This document shows positions 7,920-18,846 of a stretch of DNA of 64,000 nt, piece by piece (position 1 is the stretch's first letter; each line of letters opens with the position of its first letter). Origin of the DNA: Planctomycetaceae bacterium. GTDB taxonomy: Bacteria; Planctomycetota; Phycisphaerae; Phycisphaerales; SM1A02. Location: the NCBI GenBank assembly GCA_021297795.1, contig JAJTGL010000003.1, positions 40,370-104,369 on the forward strand, written 5' to 3'. A program made the translations under genes and the position numbers. The notes under the pieces are model-generated. The model searched no databases. It was given only the letters and a program-made list of their open reading frames with translations, and was not told the DNA's origin.

Positions 7920-9170
7920 ATGCATCTGCACCGCCTGCTCGCCCGGACAGGAGCCGCCATCGCGCTTGCCGCGGCGTTCGCCGCGACGAAGCCCGCCCTC
8001 GCGGAGCAATACGTCGTCCAGGCCGGCCGGGAGTGGGCCTCGCTCGCGCCGAAGCTCAAGCCCGGCGACGAGGTCGTGCTGGCGCGGGGCACGCATCTTC
8101 CGGCGTCGTTCAACGGCCTGTCGGGTTCGCCGTTCGCGCCGATCGTCATCCGTTCCTCGGCCCCCGATCAACTTGCCGAGATCGCCGCCGATCGCGAGGC
8201 GATCAAACTGGTCGACTGCCGCCACGTGCGCATCGAGCGGATCGCTGTTCGGAACGCCCGGCGCGCCGGCATCCTGATCGAATCGACCAAGCCGGGCGCA
8301 TCCCTCGATCTCGCGATCTCCGACGTCCTCGTCGTCGGCGCGAAGGGCCTTGCCGAGGAGTCAGGGCTCGTCGCGCGCGGCGTGCGCGACATCGGAATCC
8401 GACGATCGCGCTTCGAGAACTGCGTCGGTTGCGGGATCCTCATCGACGACTGCGAGGGCGTGACGATCTCCGAAGTCCAGATCGCCTCGCGCACGGATCT
8501 CTCCCCCGCCTGCGCCATCCGACTCTCGGGGCGAGTCTGGAGCACGTTGATCGAACGCTCGCAGATCGCCGGCCCGATCGGCACCGTCCTCGACATCGGG
8601 CGTTCCGAGAGCACGTTTCACGCGCCTTCCCCCACCGCGCAGCGCGAGGCCGAGCCCCTAGCCCCGAGCGATGCACCATCCGATCCACCCGCGAAGACCG
8701 CGGGCACCGCCGTGAAGCCGATCGAACCCCTGGTGCGATTCCTCGTGGTCGCGAACGTGCGCATCTCGGGAGCGCACCGCCTCTTCTCCGTCGGCAGCGC
8801 AGCCGACTCCACGATCCGCAACGTCACGCACCGCGATGCACACGAGGAGGTGTACCGAATCTCCGCGCCGCCGGGCAAGCGTCCCCCGGTGGGCCTCCGC
8901 CTCAGTGAATGCCTCGTGACGTGGTCGCCGGGCGCACTCCGACAGTTTGGTGGCGTCGACCCCGACGCAGAGTCGCGGGGCCTCCTCCTCGGCCCGAACC
9001 TCTGGTGGAGCAACGAGCTCCCCGCCGCGCTCCCCCTCCTCGGACCAAGTGAAAAGCCGTTCCCAGGAACGATCGAATCGGATCAGATTCTCAACATCGA
9101 GCCTAAGTTCGATGCAAGATCGCGCGTGATCACGCCGGAAGCCAAGAGTTTCGGTGCAGAAGATGCTTGA
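7920..9170 (+). CDS. secreted right-handed beta-helix repeat protein
   Basis: There is a signal peptide (AAAFAATKPALAEQ). The periodic segments IRSS..., VRIERIAVRN..., GILIEST..., ISDVLVVG..., GILIDDCEGVTIS... suggest parallel beta-helix coils. Confidence 0.55.
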   Translation: MHLHRLLARTGAAIALAAAFAATKPALAEQYVVQAGREWASLAPKLKPGDEVVLARGTHLPASFNGLSGSPFAPIVIRSSAPDQLAEIAADREAIKLVDCRHVRIERIAVRNARRAGILIESTKPGASLDLAISDVLVVGAKGLAEESGLVARGVRDIGIRRSRFENCVGCGILIDDCEGVTISEVQIASRTDLSPACAIRLSGRVWSTLIERSQIAGPIGTVLDIGRSESTFHAPSPTAQREAEPLAPSDAPSDPPAKTAGTAVKPIEPLVRFLVVANVRISGAHRLFSVGSAADSTIRNVTHRDAHEEVYRISAPPGKRPPVGLRLSECLVTWSPGALRQFGGVDPDAESRGLLLGPNLWWSNELPAALPLLGPSEKPFPGTIESDQILNIEPKFDARSRVITPEAKSFGAEDA

Positions 9171-9275
9171 TTTCCGCCGCGACAGACTCCATGGCGCGTT
9201 CGGCAAGATGGGGAATCACCAACGTCAGCGACGCGTCATTCGCGTCGCCGCCGGAGGCGGCAGGAGCGAGTTCCA

Positions 9276-9968
9276 ATGACGGAGCTTCCGAAGGACCCCT
9301 CGACCCCGCAGACCGAGCTGCCCGTGGCCCGCATCGTCGGGCCCGGCCGTCCGATCACCGAACGGGCGCTGACCCACTGGATCGAGAGGCTCACGCCGGG
9401 TTTGGTGCGGCTCAGTTTCGGCATCTGCCGCGATCGGCAGCGTGCGGAGGACGTGGTGCAGGAGGCGTTCGTTCGCCTCTGGAAGACTCCGCCGGACGGC
9501 GGCGAGCCCGCGATCTCGAGCTGGATGCGCAGCACGGTGCACAATCTCTCGGTGAGCCTCATCCGTCGGAAGCGGCGCACCTGGACGATCATCGACGACT
9601 CCGGCAGCGCGCGCGACGTGCGCGCGGGGCTTCCGGAGGAGGGCGTCGAACGCCGCGAGGATCTCTCGCGCATCGCCGAGGCGCTCGAGCGACTCGACCC
9701 CGACAAGCGCGCGATGATCATGCTGCGCGTCAATGAGGGGCTCTCCTACGAGGCGATCGCGAACCATCTCGGCGTGCCGATCGGCACGGTGATGTCGCGG
9801 CTCAACCGCGCGCGACTCGCGCTGCTCGATGAACTCGGAGACGAGGAAGGCGCCGATGCAGGTGCCGGAGATGCCGGCCAGTCGCCGGAAGGACGCGGAA
9901 GGAAGGGCCAACGCACCACGCGTCCGAGCGATTTCGACATGCGGAGGTCGCGCGACGCCACGCGCTGA
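9276..9968 (+). CDS. ECF-type RNA polymerase sigma factor
   Basis: Region 2 reads RAEDVVQEAFVRLW...SWMRSTVHNLSVSLIRR. Region 4 reads LDPDKRAMIMLRVNEGLSYEAIANHLGVPIGTVMSRLNRARLAL. Confidence 0.85.
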   Translation: MTELPKDPSTPQTELPVARIVGPGRPITERALTHWIERLTPGLVRLSFGICRDRQRAEDVVQEAFVRLWKTPPDGGEPAISSWMRSTVHNLSVSLIRRKRRTWTIIDDSGSARDVRAGLPEEGVERREDLSRIAEALERLDPDKRAMIMLRVNEGLSYEAIANHLGVPIGTVMSRLNRARLALLDELGDEEGADAGAGDAGQSPEGRGRKGQRTTRPSDFDMRRSRDATR

Positions 9969-10078
9969 TGGATGGTCCGAGCGGTTGTTCTCGCGACACG
10001 ACGCGAGTGAAGTGGCCTGGGAGCGAACGCGTGGGTGAACGCGCGAGTGAACGCAGGGAAGCACAAGAGGTACGAACC

Positions 10079-10903
10079 ATGCAGATCCACCGAGACGAAG
10101 CCGACAACGCACCGCGCTCCCCGTTCGGATGCGCGAACATGCGAGCGTCGCTCTCCGCCTACCTCGATGACGAGCTGGCGCGTTCGGAACGATTCGATGT
10201 CGACGCGCACCTCCTCGGCTGCGGCCGCTGCCGCGACCTCGTCGAGCGCGCCGAGAGCCTCGACCGCACGCTTCGATCGGGACTCGCCGCGGACCTTGCC
10301 GACGCCGATGCGGCGCTTGCGAGCGATCCGGTCGATGTGCCGTCGCTGCGCGCGCGCATCCTCGACTCGATCGGCGCAGAGCACCGTCGCCGATGGATTC
10401 CGCGCGCCGCCCTCATCGCGGCGGCGCTGACCGCCGTCGCGGGCGCGGTGCTGCTTGTGCACGGCGGAGCGGTTCCATCCTCGATCTCGCCGCTCGGCCC
10501 GGGCGAGTTCGCGCGCGCCGGCGCATCCGGCGTCGATCGCCGCATCGCAACCGCGGCGCCGACGCAGCGCGCCTCGCTCCTTGCATCGCTCAGTCCCGAC
10601 GATCGCCAGGCGCTCTACGCGACCAGCATCGTTCTCGAGACCGCACGACGCACCGCCTTCGAGGATCTCGGCCGCCGCAAGGAACTCGTCGAGACCGCGA
10701 GGTACGACGAGCTGGTCGATCGGCTCGAGGATGTGATGCCCAAGCTCCCGCCGGAGGACCGCGCGACGGTGGCACTTGCGCTCGACGTGACCGAACGGCT
10801 CGAGGATGCCGCGGCGAGCCAGGAGGAGTGGACGCGTCTTCAGGAAGATGTCTCCGTGCGCAATCTCGGCGAGTCGGTGGACGAGTTGAGCGACCGAGAG
10901 TGA
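10079..10903 (+). CDS. anti-sigma factor (zf-HC2 type, single-pass membrane)
   Basis: CANMRASLSAYLDDEL...DAHLLGCGRCRDLV is a zf-HC2 motif, followed by a TM helix (AALIAAALTAVAGAVLLV). It lies immediately downstream of the ECF sigma. The ATG at 10079 is preceded by aagagg; an alternative start at 9968 overlaps the sigma stop. Confidence 0.65.
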   Translation: MQIHRDEADNAPRSPFGCANMRASLSAYLDDELARSERFDVDAHLLGCGRCRDLVERAESLDRTLRSGLAADLADADAALASDPVDVPSLRARILDSIGAEHRRRWIPRAALIAAALTAVAGAVLLVHGGAVPSSISPLGPGEFARAGASGVDRRIATAAPTQRASLLASLSPDDRQALYATSIVLETARRTAFEDLGRRKELVETARYDELVDRLEDVMPKLPPEDRATVALALDVTERLEDAAASQEEWTRLQEDVSVRNLGESVDELSDRE

Positions 10904-11051
10904 GTCCCGATATCCGCGCGGATCGAGCCCGAGCGGACCGGGCGATCTCCCCATGCCGCGGGCAAGTTCTGCGCACCACGCGCCGAGTTGGCTGATTCTC
11001 ACGTCGAACGGGCGAACAAGCGGGCCTCGACTGGTATCTTCTCCCTCGCGA

Positions 11052-11519
11052 ATGGACTCGCCCTCACCCATCAACTTCCGCGCCGCCCAAGCGGCCGCAG
11101 CCTACGGCGGCCGCCCGGCGCTCCGTGCGCAGACCGGTCAACTGGGATCGCAGCCCGGTTCCGACTCGAGGTCAAGCGGCCCCACCAAGGCATCCACCAC
11201 CGCCGCGCCGAAGGGTGTAGCCACCCGCGCCGCCGACGGCTCGATCGTGCCCCCGCACGCGAGGGCGACCGAAGCGCAGCCGATGCGCATCGGCAGGCAT
11301 CAGGACGCGCTTTCCCCGTCGCTGGCCGCGATGGTGGCCGGACAGGTCGATTCACCGGTCTCCCGAGGCGAAGGCTTCGAGCAACCGCAGCCGCAGGCCC
11401 GCCCACAGGTGTCACCCGCCGCGGCCCATGGTGCGTACGCGATGTACGGCCGCGCGGCGGATCGAATCGAGGTCGCGACCAGCGTCACGGTCGGCCGAAC
11501 CCTCGACGCGCGCGGCTGA
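11052..11519 (+). CDS. hypothetical protein (low complexity)
   Basis: The frame is open with mostly G/C third positions. I recognise no domain, and coding status is uncertain. Confidence 0.3.
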   Translation: MDSPSPINFRAAQAAAAYGGRPALRAQTGQLGSQPGSDSRSSGPTKASTTAAPKGVATRAADGSIVPPHARATEAQPMRIGRHQDALSPSLAAMVAGQVDSPVSRGEGFEQPQPQARPQVSPAAAHGAYAMYGRAADRIEVATSVTVGRTLDARG

Positions 11520-11784
11520 CCCCGGGCTCACGGCGATCGCAGCCCCCCCGCTCGACTTCCAAGCCTGCCGCCGGACTTCCAGTCCCGGGACCGGAGAGGT
11601 CTGCTCCCCAACCCTTCGCCGAGGTAGGTCCGGAAAGCCGCGCTTCGGACGCTCCAAGCCTTTGCAGGCTCCGACCGGAATCGCTATCTTCTCGACCCTC
11701 CGTGAAATCCGTCACGAACTCCCGAACGGGAGGATGGATCGAGCGGTGGACCGATTCAGATCCCCACGCAGCGCCCGGTCGTGA

Positions 11785-13251
<1,467 letters not shown>

Positions 13252-13297
13252 CGACGCCATCCGCAGGTCCTCGAAACCGCCTCATCCGACACTCACC

Positions 13298-13331
13298 GCA
13301 ACCCCGACCTCGGTCGGGGTTGCGTGTTTTT
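13298..13331 (+). terminator. intrinsic terminator after atpD
   Basis: gcaaccccgac-ctcg-gtcggggttgc forms an 11-bp stem followed by gtgttttt. Confidence 0.7.
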
Positions 13332-13341
13332 CGGAACCACC

Positions 13342-13369
13342 TTGCGCCTTCGGCGAATGGGGGTAGTCT
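13342..13369 (+). promoter_or_regulatory. possible sigma-70-like promoter (TTGCGC-N16-TAGTCT) upstream of the peptidase gene
   Basis: The hexamers are read from the sequence. The layout matches the TTGCGA-N16-TAGGAT at 51082..51109. This is a weak, pattern-only call. Confidence 0.2.
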
Positions 13370-13523
13370 CGTCTATGGTCTCGAAACCAGGTTTCGTGAC
13401 CAGACCAGAGGAGTTCAGCGCCGCGGGAGTCGATTTCGTCCCGAAACCGCGTCCTACGGCAAGTCCAGTCACGCCATCGCCGTTCCTACGGCTCCGTTCC
13501 GACCATCCCTCAGGAGATTTCGA

Positions 13524-15866
13524 ATGCGTCATCTGACGGTCGCCACGACCTTCCTGCTGCTCACCACGTCGATCGCCTACGCGGACGGCACCAAGCCGAC
13601 CGCGTTCTCCAAGATGGCCAACGTCCCCGCGGCACTCGAGGCCAACGGTCACGGCCTGCGTGGAACTCCGTGGGCCGAGCAGGAGGCGCTGCAGCCGCTC
13701 TCCGCCATCTACGGCTTCGACGCGATTCCCGCGGCGATGTACGAACTGCCACCGCAGGACAACGAGTTCTTCCTCGCGGAAGACGAAGTCCTCGGCAACG
13801 GCAACGGACCGAAGCCGCTGCGCTTCGCCGTCCCGGTCTCCGTCGCGCTCGATATCGCCGACGGCGAGTGGATCCCGGTCGATGGCGGCAATGTCTGGCG
13901 CGTGGTGCTGAAGAGCCCCAACGCGACCACGACGCGTCTCCACCTGACGGGCCTGAACGTGCCCGAGGGTCAGGAAGTGCGTCTCTCGTCGCCGGGCTAC
14001 GAAGGCTCGGTGGTCGGACCGATCGAGGGCGTCGGCGAGTTCGGTACGGGCGAGGCATGGAGCATGTCGATGCCGACCGGCGAGGCCATGATCGAATGGT
14101 TCGTGCCGACCGGCGATCGCGTCAAGGGTCTCCCCTTCGCCGGCGTCGACTACTACCACGGCTACCGCGAGATCTGGAAGTTCGGCGAGGACGAGGGCGG
14201 CGTCGCTGTCGGCACCTGCCACCTCGACCCGATCTGCTTCCCGACGTGGGCGAACGAATCGAACGCCACCGTGCGACTCATCTTCAGCGGAGCGCTCTGC
14301 TCGGGCCAGTTGATCGCGACCACGGCGGCGGACGAGACTCCGTACGTCGCCACCGCGAACCACTGCATCTCGACGACGGGTGTCGCCAACTCCTGCCAGT
14401 TCAACTTCTTCTACCGCCGCAACACGTGTGCCTCGTCGGCAACCGCCGCCGCGGGCACGAACATCACGGGCGGCGACCTCTCGGCAACGCAACTTGCGAG
14501 CGACTGCACGCTGCTCATGATCCGTCCGACGGTGCCCGCGACAACCTACTGGGTTGGTTGGCTTGGCAGCTCGGTCGGCACCAGCACCCTCTCGACCTGT
14601 CTGCACCACCCGGACGGCAGCTATCAGCGCATCTCGTTCGGCGTCAAGAACGCGAACTCGTTCAACTGCGGCAGCCCGACGACCAACTGGTCGAGCCTCT
14701 CGTGGAACTCGGCGACCCAGTACGGAGTCACCACCATCGGCGTGACCGAAGGCGGCTCGTCGGGTAGCGCGATCTACCGCGACACCGACAAGAAGCTCTA
14801 CGGCGTGCTCACGTGCGGCGCGAGCTTCTGCAACACCCCGCAGGCGGACGACGGCTACGGCCGATGGGACGTTGCGGTCAACTCGGGTGGCTTCGCAGCG
14901 CTCTTGGCGGCGGGTGCCGATGACAACCTCGAGCAGAACGACACCTGCGCGACGGCCGTCTCGATCACTCCGGGCACGGCCTATGCCGCTCGCGTGGTGA
15001 AGCGCCTCGACGAGGACTGGTACATCATCCCCGCGGGCCCGGGCGCGTCGGCGACGGTCAACATGACGTTCACGCACGCAAACGGCGACATCGATGTCCA
15101 GGTCTTCAGCGCCTGCGGCGGCACGCTGCTTGCCGACCGCAACGCGAACACCAACAACGAGTCGTTCACCGTGTCCAACACGGCGGGCACCGCGTCGATG
15201 CTGATGCGCGTCTACCTCGGCGCGGACACCCGCAACGACTACTCGATGACCGTGACCGTGAACGCCCCGCCGGCGGCGAACGACGAGTGCGCGGGTGCCA
15301 TCGACATCACCAGCGCGTCGGTCGCCTTCAACACCGTAAGCGCGGGCGACAGCACGCCGTCGGTCGCGGCGAGCTGCCTCGATGGCGGTGGCGTCAACTG
15401 CTACAACGACCTCTGGTACCGCTGGACGGCGCCTTGCACGGGAACGGCTACGCTCTCGACCTGCGGCGCTGCGAACTTCGACACCCGCATCGTGATGTAC
15501 GCGGGCTCGGCCTGCCCCACCGCGGCAACGCCGGTCTTCGCGTGCAACGACGACACCTTTACGTGCGCTCCGACCACCACGACCACGCTCATCACGAGCG
15601 TCACCGCGGGTGAGACGTACGTCGTCCGTGTCGGAAGCAAGGTGAACAGCGGCGGAACCGGCACCCTGTCGGTCAGCTGTGAGCCCGACGCGGCGCCGTG
15701 CCCGGCGGACCTCGACGGCAGCGGCTCGGTCGACTCGGCCGACCTCGCGCAGGTCCTCAGCTCGTGGGGAACCTGCGGCGGCTGCGCCTCGGATCTCGAC
15801 GGCAACGGATCGGTCGACTCGGCCGACCTTGCGCAGATCCTCAGCTCGTGGGGTGCATGCCCGTAA
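13524..15866 (+). CDS. secreted trypsin-like (S1, lysyl-endopeptidase-like) serine peptidase with a PPC-like domain and two dockerin-like repeats
   Basis: There is a signal peptide (TTFLLLTTSIAYADG). ATANHC carries the catalytic His context and TEGGSSGSAIY the catalytic Ser context. NDTCATAV...DEDWY...GDIDVQVF resembles a pre-peptidase C-terminal domain. The C-terminus reads DLDGSGSVDSADLAQVLSSWGTC / DLDGNGSVDSADLAQILSSWGAC. The start at ATG 13524 follows caggag; the upstream part of ORF 12924..15866 overlaps atpD and is an artefact. Confidence 0.75.
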   Translation: MRHLTVATTFLLLTTSIAYADGTKPTAFSKMANVPAALEANGHGLRGTPWAEQEALQPLSAIYGFDAIPAAMYELPPQDNEFFLAEDEVLGNGNGPKPLRFAVPVSVALDIADGEWIPVDGGNVWRVVLKSPNATTTRLHLTGLNVPEGQEVRLSSPGYEGSVVGPIEGVGEFGTGEAWSMSMPTGEAMIEWFVPTGDRVKGLPFAGVDYYHGYREIWKFGEDEGGVAVGTCHLDPICFPTWANESNATVRLIFSGALCSGQLIATTAADETPYVATANHCISTTGVANSCQFNFFYRRNTCASSATAAAGTNITGGDLSATQLASDCTLLMIRPTVPATTYWVGWLGSSVGTSTLSTCLHHPDGSYQRISFGVKNANSFNCGSPTTNWSSLSWNSATQYGVTTIGVTEGGSSGSAIYRDTDKKLYGVLTCGASFCNTPQADDGYGRWDVAVNSGGFAALLAAGADDNLEQNDTCATAVSITPGTAYAARVVKRLDEDWYIIPAGPGASATVNMTFTHANGDIDVQVFSACGGTLLADRNANTNNESFTVSNTAGTASMLMRVYLGADTRNDYSMTVTVNAPPAANDECAGAIDITSASVAFNTVSAGDSTPSVAASCLDGGGVNCYNDLWYRWTAPCTGTATLSTCGAANFDTRIVMYAGSACPTAATPVFACNDDTFTCAPTTTTTLITSVTAGETYVVRVGSKVNSGGTGTLSVSCEPDAAPCPADLDGSGSVDSADLAQVLSSWGTCGGCASDLDGNGSVDSADLAQILSSWGACP

Positions 15867-15890
15867 GCCACCTGACGAACCTGCCTGCAT

Positions 15891-15943
15891 GACTCTCGCG
15901 CCCGCGTGCCCGCACGCGGGCGCGAGTCTTTTTCCATCGCGTT
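15891..15943 (+). terminator. intrinsic terminator after the peptidase gene
   Basis: gactc(tc)gcgcccgcgtg-cccg-cacgcgggcgcgagtc forms a long GC stem followed by ttttt. Confidence 0.7.
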
Positions 15944-15962
15944 CCTCTCGTAGGATGCCGCC

Positions 15963-16748
15963 ATGCAGACGACGCACCTCGCTTTCCTCGGACTGACCGC
16001 CACCGCGCTCCTCTTCGCCTTCGGGTTCGCGGCGGAAGGTCTGCGCGGCGGCGCAGCGCCCAAGCCGCCCTCGTCCCTCGAGCCCGCGGCCCGCACCGAC
16101 GAGTGGGCGATCGCACGGGAGAAGGAGTGCATCCGCCGCGCGAAGGAGAGCGCTCCGGCGAAGGTCGTCTTCGTCGGCGACTCGATCACGCAGTCGTGGG
16201 AAGACCCGGGCAAGGCCGCATGGGAGAAGCACCTCGCGCCGCTTGGCGCGCTCAATCTCGGAAACTCTGGCGACCGTACGGAGAACGTGCTGTATCGCCT
16301 CGCGCAGGCACCGCTGACCCGACTCGCGCCGGAGCATGTGTTCCTGCTGATCGGCACCAACAACCTCGGACACGGCACGAGCAACGCGCGCGACACGCTC
16401 GCCGGCGTGCAGGCGGTTGCGGAGCTGCTCGTCGAGCAGTGCCCGGACGCGACCGTCCACATCATCGAGATCTTCCCGCGCGGCGAGAAGTTCAACGCGA
16501 TGCGCGGCGACATCCTGCAGATCAACCAGGCGCTGCGCGCGTGGGTACCGACGGCGAACGCGGCGATCGCCACGAAGGGGCGCAAGAGCGCACGCACGCC
16601 GCTTGCGATCCACGCGATCGGCGACGCCTTCGTTTCGCCGGACGGCACGATCTCGAAGGAGATCATGCCCGACGCGCTGCACCTCTCCCCCGCCGCCTAC
16701 GAGACTTGGGCGAAGGCGGTGGTCGACGCGGTGAAGCCGGGCGGGTAA
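15963..16748 (+). CDS. SGNH/GDSL-family hydrolase (PAF-acetylhydrolase-Ib-like)
   Basis: VVFVGDSITQSW (block I Ser), LNLGNSGDRT (block II), LLIGTNNLG (block III) and PDALHLS (DxxH block V) are present, after an N-terminal signal/anchor. Confidence 0.8.
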   Translation: MQTTHLAFLGLTATALLFAFGFAAEGLRGGAAPKPPSSLEPAARTDEWAIAREKECIRRAKESAPAKVVFVGDSITQSWEDPGKAAWEKHLAPLGALNLGNSGDRTENVLYRLAQAPLTRLAPEHVFLLIGTNNLGHGTSNARDTLAGVQAVAELLVEQCPDATVHIIEIFPRGEKFNAMRGDILQINQALRAWVPTANAAIATKGRKSARTPLAIHAIGDAFVSPDGTISKEIMPDALHLSPAAYETWAKAVVDAVKPGG

Positions 16749-16761
16749 GGCGGTTCGGCGA

Positions 16762-18813
16762 TCATCCGGCGCGCGGCCGTGTCATGAGAATGACGACGAG
16801 CGCAATCGTTGCGACAAGCAGCAAGACTGCGACGATGAGCAGGATGAGGTTTATTCCACCGGAGTCCGTCCCGTCGGACCGCTCCTCGCCGAAAGGCGCT
16901 GGTGACACTGAACTCTCCGACGGATCGGCAGCCGCTCCGTTGCTTGCGAAGGCGCTTGCGAGTCGTCGATGCTTGTCCTCGCCTTCGGCGGGCGACAGGC
17001 CGAAGAGCTGCCATTCGCGCCCGGCTCGGTCGGCGCGTCCGTCCTGCTCGAGCACTACGCGCTCGATTCTTCGGTTCTCCGTCTCGCCCGCCTCGTCGAC
17101 CGCGAACACCGACATCTTCTTCCAGCGGCCGCGTTCATCCCATTCGGTGCATCGCCGACGCTCCGTGAGCACCGACTGCACTCCCTCGTCGAATGGCTCT
17201 ATGACGACGCCGTCTCCGGGAGCGGTCCGGTACTCAAACTCCGGATCATTCGCGATTTTCTGCTCGATGACGCGCAGCGCAAGCTCATCATCCGGCGTGC
17301 CCTTGCTCATGAGTTGAAGCTGCTCCACCTTTCCCAAGGCTCGCGAAACGGCGCGTTTGGTCACTTCGAGAAGTCGCCCTCTGTCGTCATATGTGTAAGT
17401 CCACTCCGCGTACGACTGTTCGGCGAGTTGGATCGAGCGCTCGATCCGCTCACGCCGATCCGAGCCACTCGCCTCGACCATATCGCGCAGGTACTGCATC
17501 TCTGGCGATCGGTCGATAGTCTTCATCCTCAGGCGCGCCACGCGACCAGTCGCGTCGTAAGACCATCGGTAGATAGCAGTCTTTCCATCAGCGTAAGGAC
17601 TGCCACCGAAAGGATGCTGTCCGATACGGTACTGGTGGATTCCGTCCCCGCTCGCGCGCATCTCAACCAACCTTCGGGCGTCGCCAGCGCGCTCGAAGTC
17701 GATCTCGATGCGACCACATTCGGCGCCGTCCTTCTTGTACTGGATGAGGACGTGGGAGTCGCCACGATTCTCAAGGCGCACCACAAGCCCATCGCCCTCC
17801 CGATGCGCGGAACTGATCGTTCGCCTACCGGCGCCATGACCATCCGCGTACTTGATGTCGATGTGCATGCGCTCGAGTAAGACTTGATCATCCTTCGGTC
17901 TCTCCGCGAATAGATCCACCTCATGACTCGCGTCGTCCCGCGCCCCGCCACGCATGTAGTCGACCGATTTACCCTCAATGGCCCGCCGACCACCTTCCGC
18001 ATAGAAGACAGGCTCGACGGAGTAGGCCTCGTCCACGACGGACTTGCCGAACTTACTCTCGACGGAACGCCTCAGTATCTCGGCGGCCAGCGCACCCTTG
18101 CCCCCGACGGGATCGAATGGATCGAAGATCCAGACCAGATCATCGAGCAGTGGACGAAAGGCAAGCTCCTGGCTCGAGTTGGATGGAGGAGTCCGCTGTT
18201 CCATGGAGCCGGGCCTCGGAAGTACGCCTTGGCCCCCGCCGAGGCGTCCACGCGCCGGCGAACTTCCTCCTGGCGTGTCGGCGCGCTCGTCCTGTGCCGA
18301 GGTTTCGCCACTTCGTGATTCTCCCTGCCGTTCGCGCTGTTCCGTCTCTTTGGGGACCGTGCGTGACCGCTCGGCTTCCTTCCGCGCTGCATCGAGCATG
18401 TCCTCGAGTTCCTCCTCGAGAACCACGAGTTGCTCTTTGGCAGCGTCAATCTCGGCCTTGATCTCGCGGGCCTCCGCGTCGAGCCGGGCCACCTTCGCCT
18501 GCCCCGCGCGATTCAGTCGTCCTCCCGAGTTGGCGAGCATCTTCTGATACTCGGCGTACTTGGCATCCCAGGCCGCTTGGCGCTCTGCAATCCGTGACTC
18601 CAGCGCCGAGATCTCACGACGTTTCGCCGCCGCCGCCCCTGGCTCTGCATACTCGGCCCCCGAATCCTGAGTCGTCGAGGCCCAGAAGCCATCCGACCGC
18701 ATGGAGAAGTCCGGGCCTTGCATCCAAACAGCGGGACTGGCCGAGCCCACGACACCGGAAAGCACGGCAGGGATCCAGATCGATGTTCCGAAGAGAGCCA
18801 GCATTGCATTCAA
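16762..18813 (-). CDS. hypothetical secreted coiled-coil protein with YD/RHS-like repeats and a C-terminal TM anchor
   Basis: There is an N-terminal signal-like segment. A long coiled coil follows (ISALESRIAERQAAWDAKYAEYQKML...EIKAEIDAAKEQLVVLEEELEDML). YD-like repeats include YRWSYDATGRVARL and WTYTYDDRGRLLEV. The C-terminal helix is INLILLIVAVLLLVATIALVVILM. GC and GC3 are visibly lower than in flanking genes. Confidence 0.6.
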   Translation of the reverse strand: MNAMLALFGTSIWIPAVLSGVVGSASPAVWMQGPDFSMRSDGFWASTTQDSGAEYAEPGAAAAKRREISALESRIAERQAAWDAKYAEYQKMLANSGGRLNRAGQAKVARLDAEAREIKAEIDAAKEQLVVLEEELEDMLDAARKEAERSRTVPKETEQRERQGESRSGETSAQDERADTPGGSSPARGRLGGGQGVLPRPGSMEQRTPPSNSSQELAFRPLLDDLVWIFDPFDPVGGKGALAAEILRRSVESKFGKSVVDEAYSVEPVFYAEGGRRAIEGKSVDYMRGGARDDASHEVDLFAERPKDDQVLLERMHIDIKYADGHGAGRRTISSAHREGDGLVVRLENRGDSHVLIQYKKDGAECGRIEIDFERAGDARRLVEMRASGDGIHQYRIGQHPFGGSPYADGKTAIYRWSYDATGRVARLRMKTIDRSPEMQYLRDMVEASGSDRRERIERSIQLAEQSYAEWTYTYDDRGRLLEVTKRAVSRALGKVEQLQLMSKGTPDDELALRVIEQKIANDPEFEYRTAPGDGVVIEPFDEGVQSVLTERRRCTEWDERGRWKKMSVFAVDEAGETENRRIERVVLEQDGRADRAGREWQLFGLSPAEGEDKHRRLASAFASNGAAADPSESSVSPAPFGEERSDGTDSGGINLILLIVAVLLLVATIALVVILMTRPRAG

Positions 18814-18846
18814 CTCCGTGGATCACTTGATCATGTAGTTCGACGG

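Noticed and set aside
6258-8225. 655-aa minus-strand ORF, and similar long antisense ORFs at 29790..31994, 43937..46066, 58884..60614 and 1182..2885.
   Set aside because: Each lies opposite a gene with clear family motifs (manA/fabZ-like, panC/TlpA, prolyl oligopeptidase, aminotransferase, HAD phosphatase).
13293-16682. 1129-aa minus-strand ORF, the longest in this part of the track.
   Set aside because: It is antisense to the peptidase and SGNH hydrolase genes. It is Arg/Ala/Gly/Asp-dominated with no motifs, and third positions are not G/C-biased in that frame. This is a typical high-GC shadow ORF.
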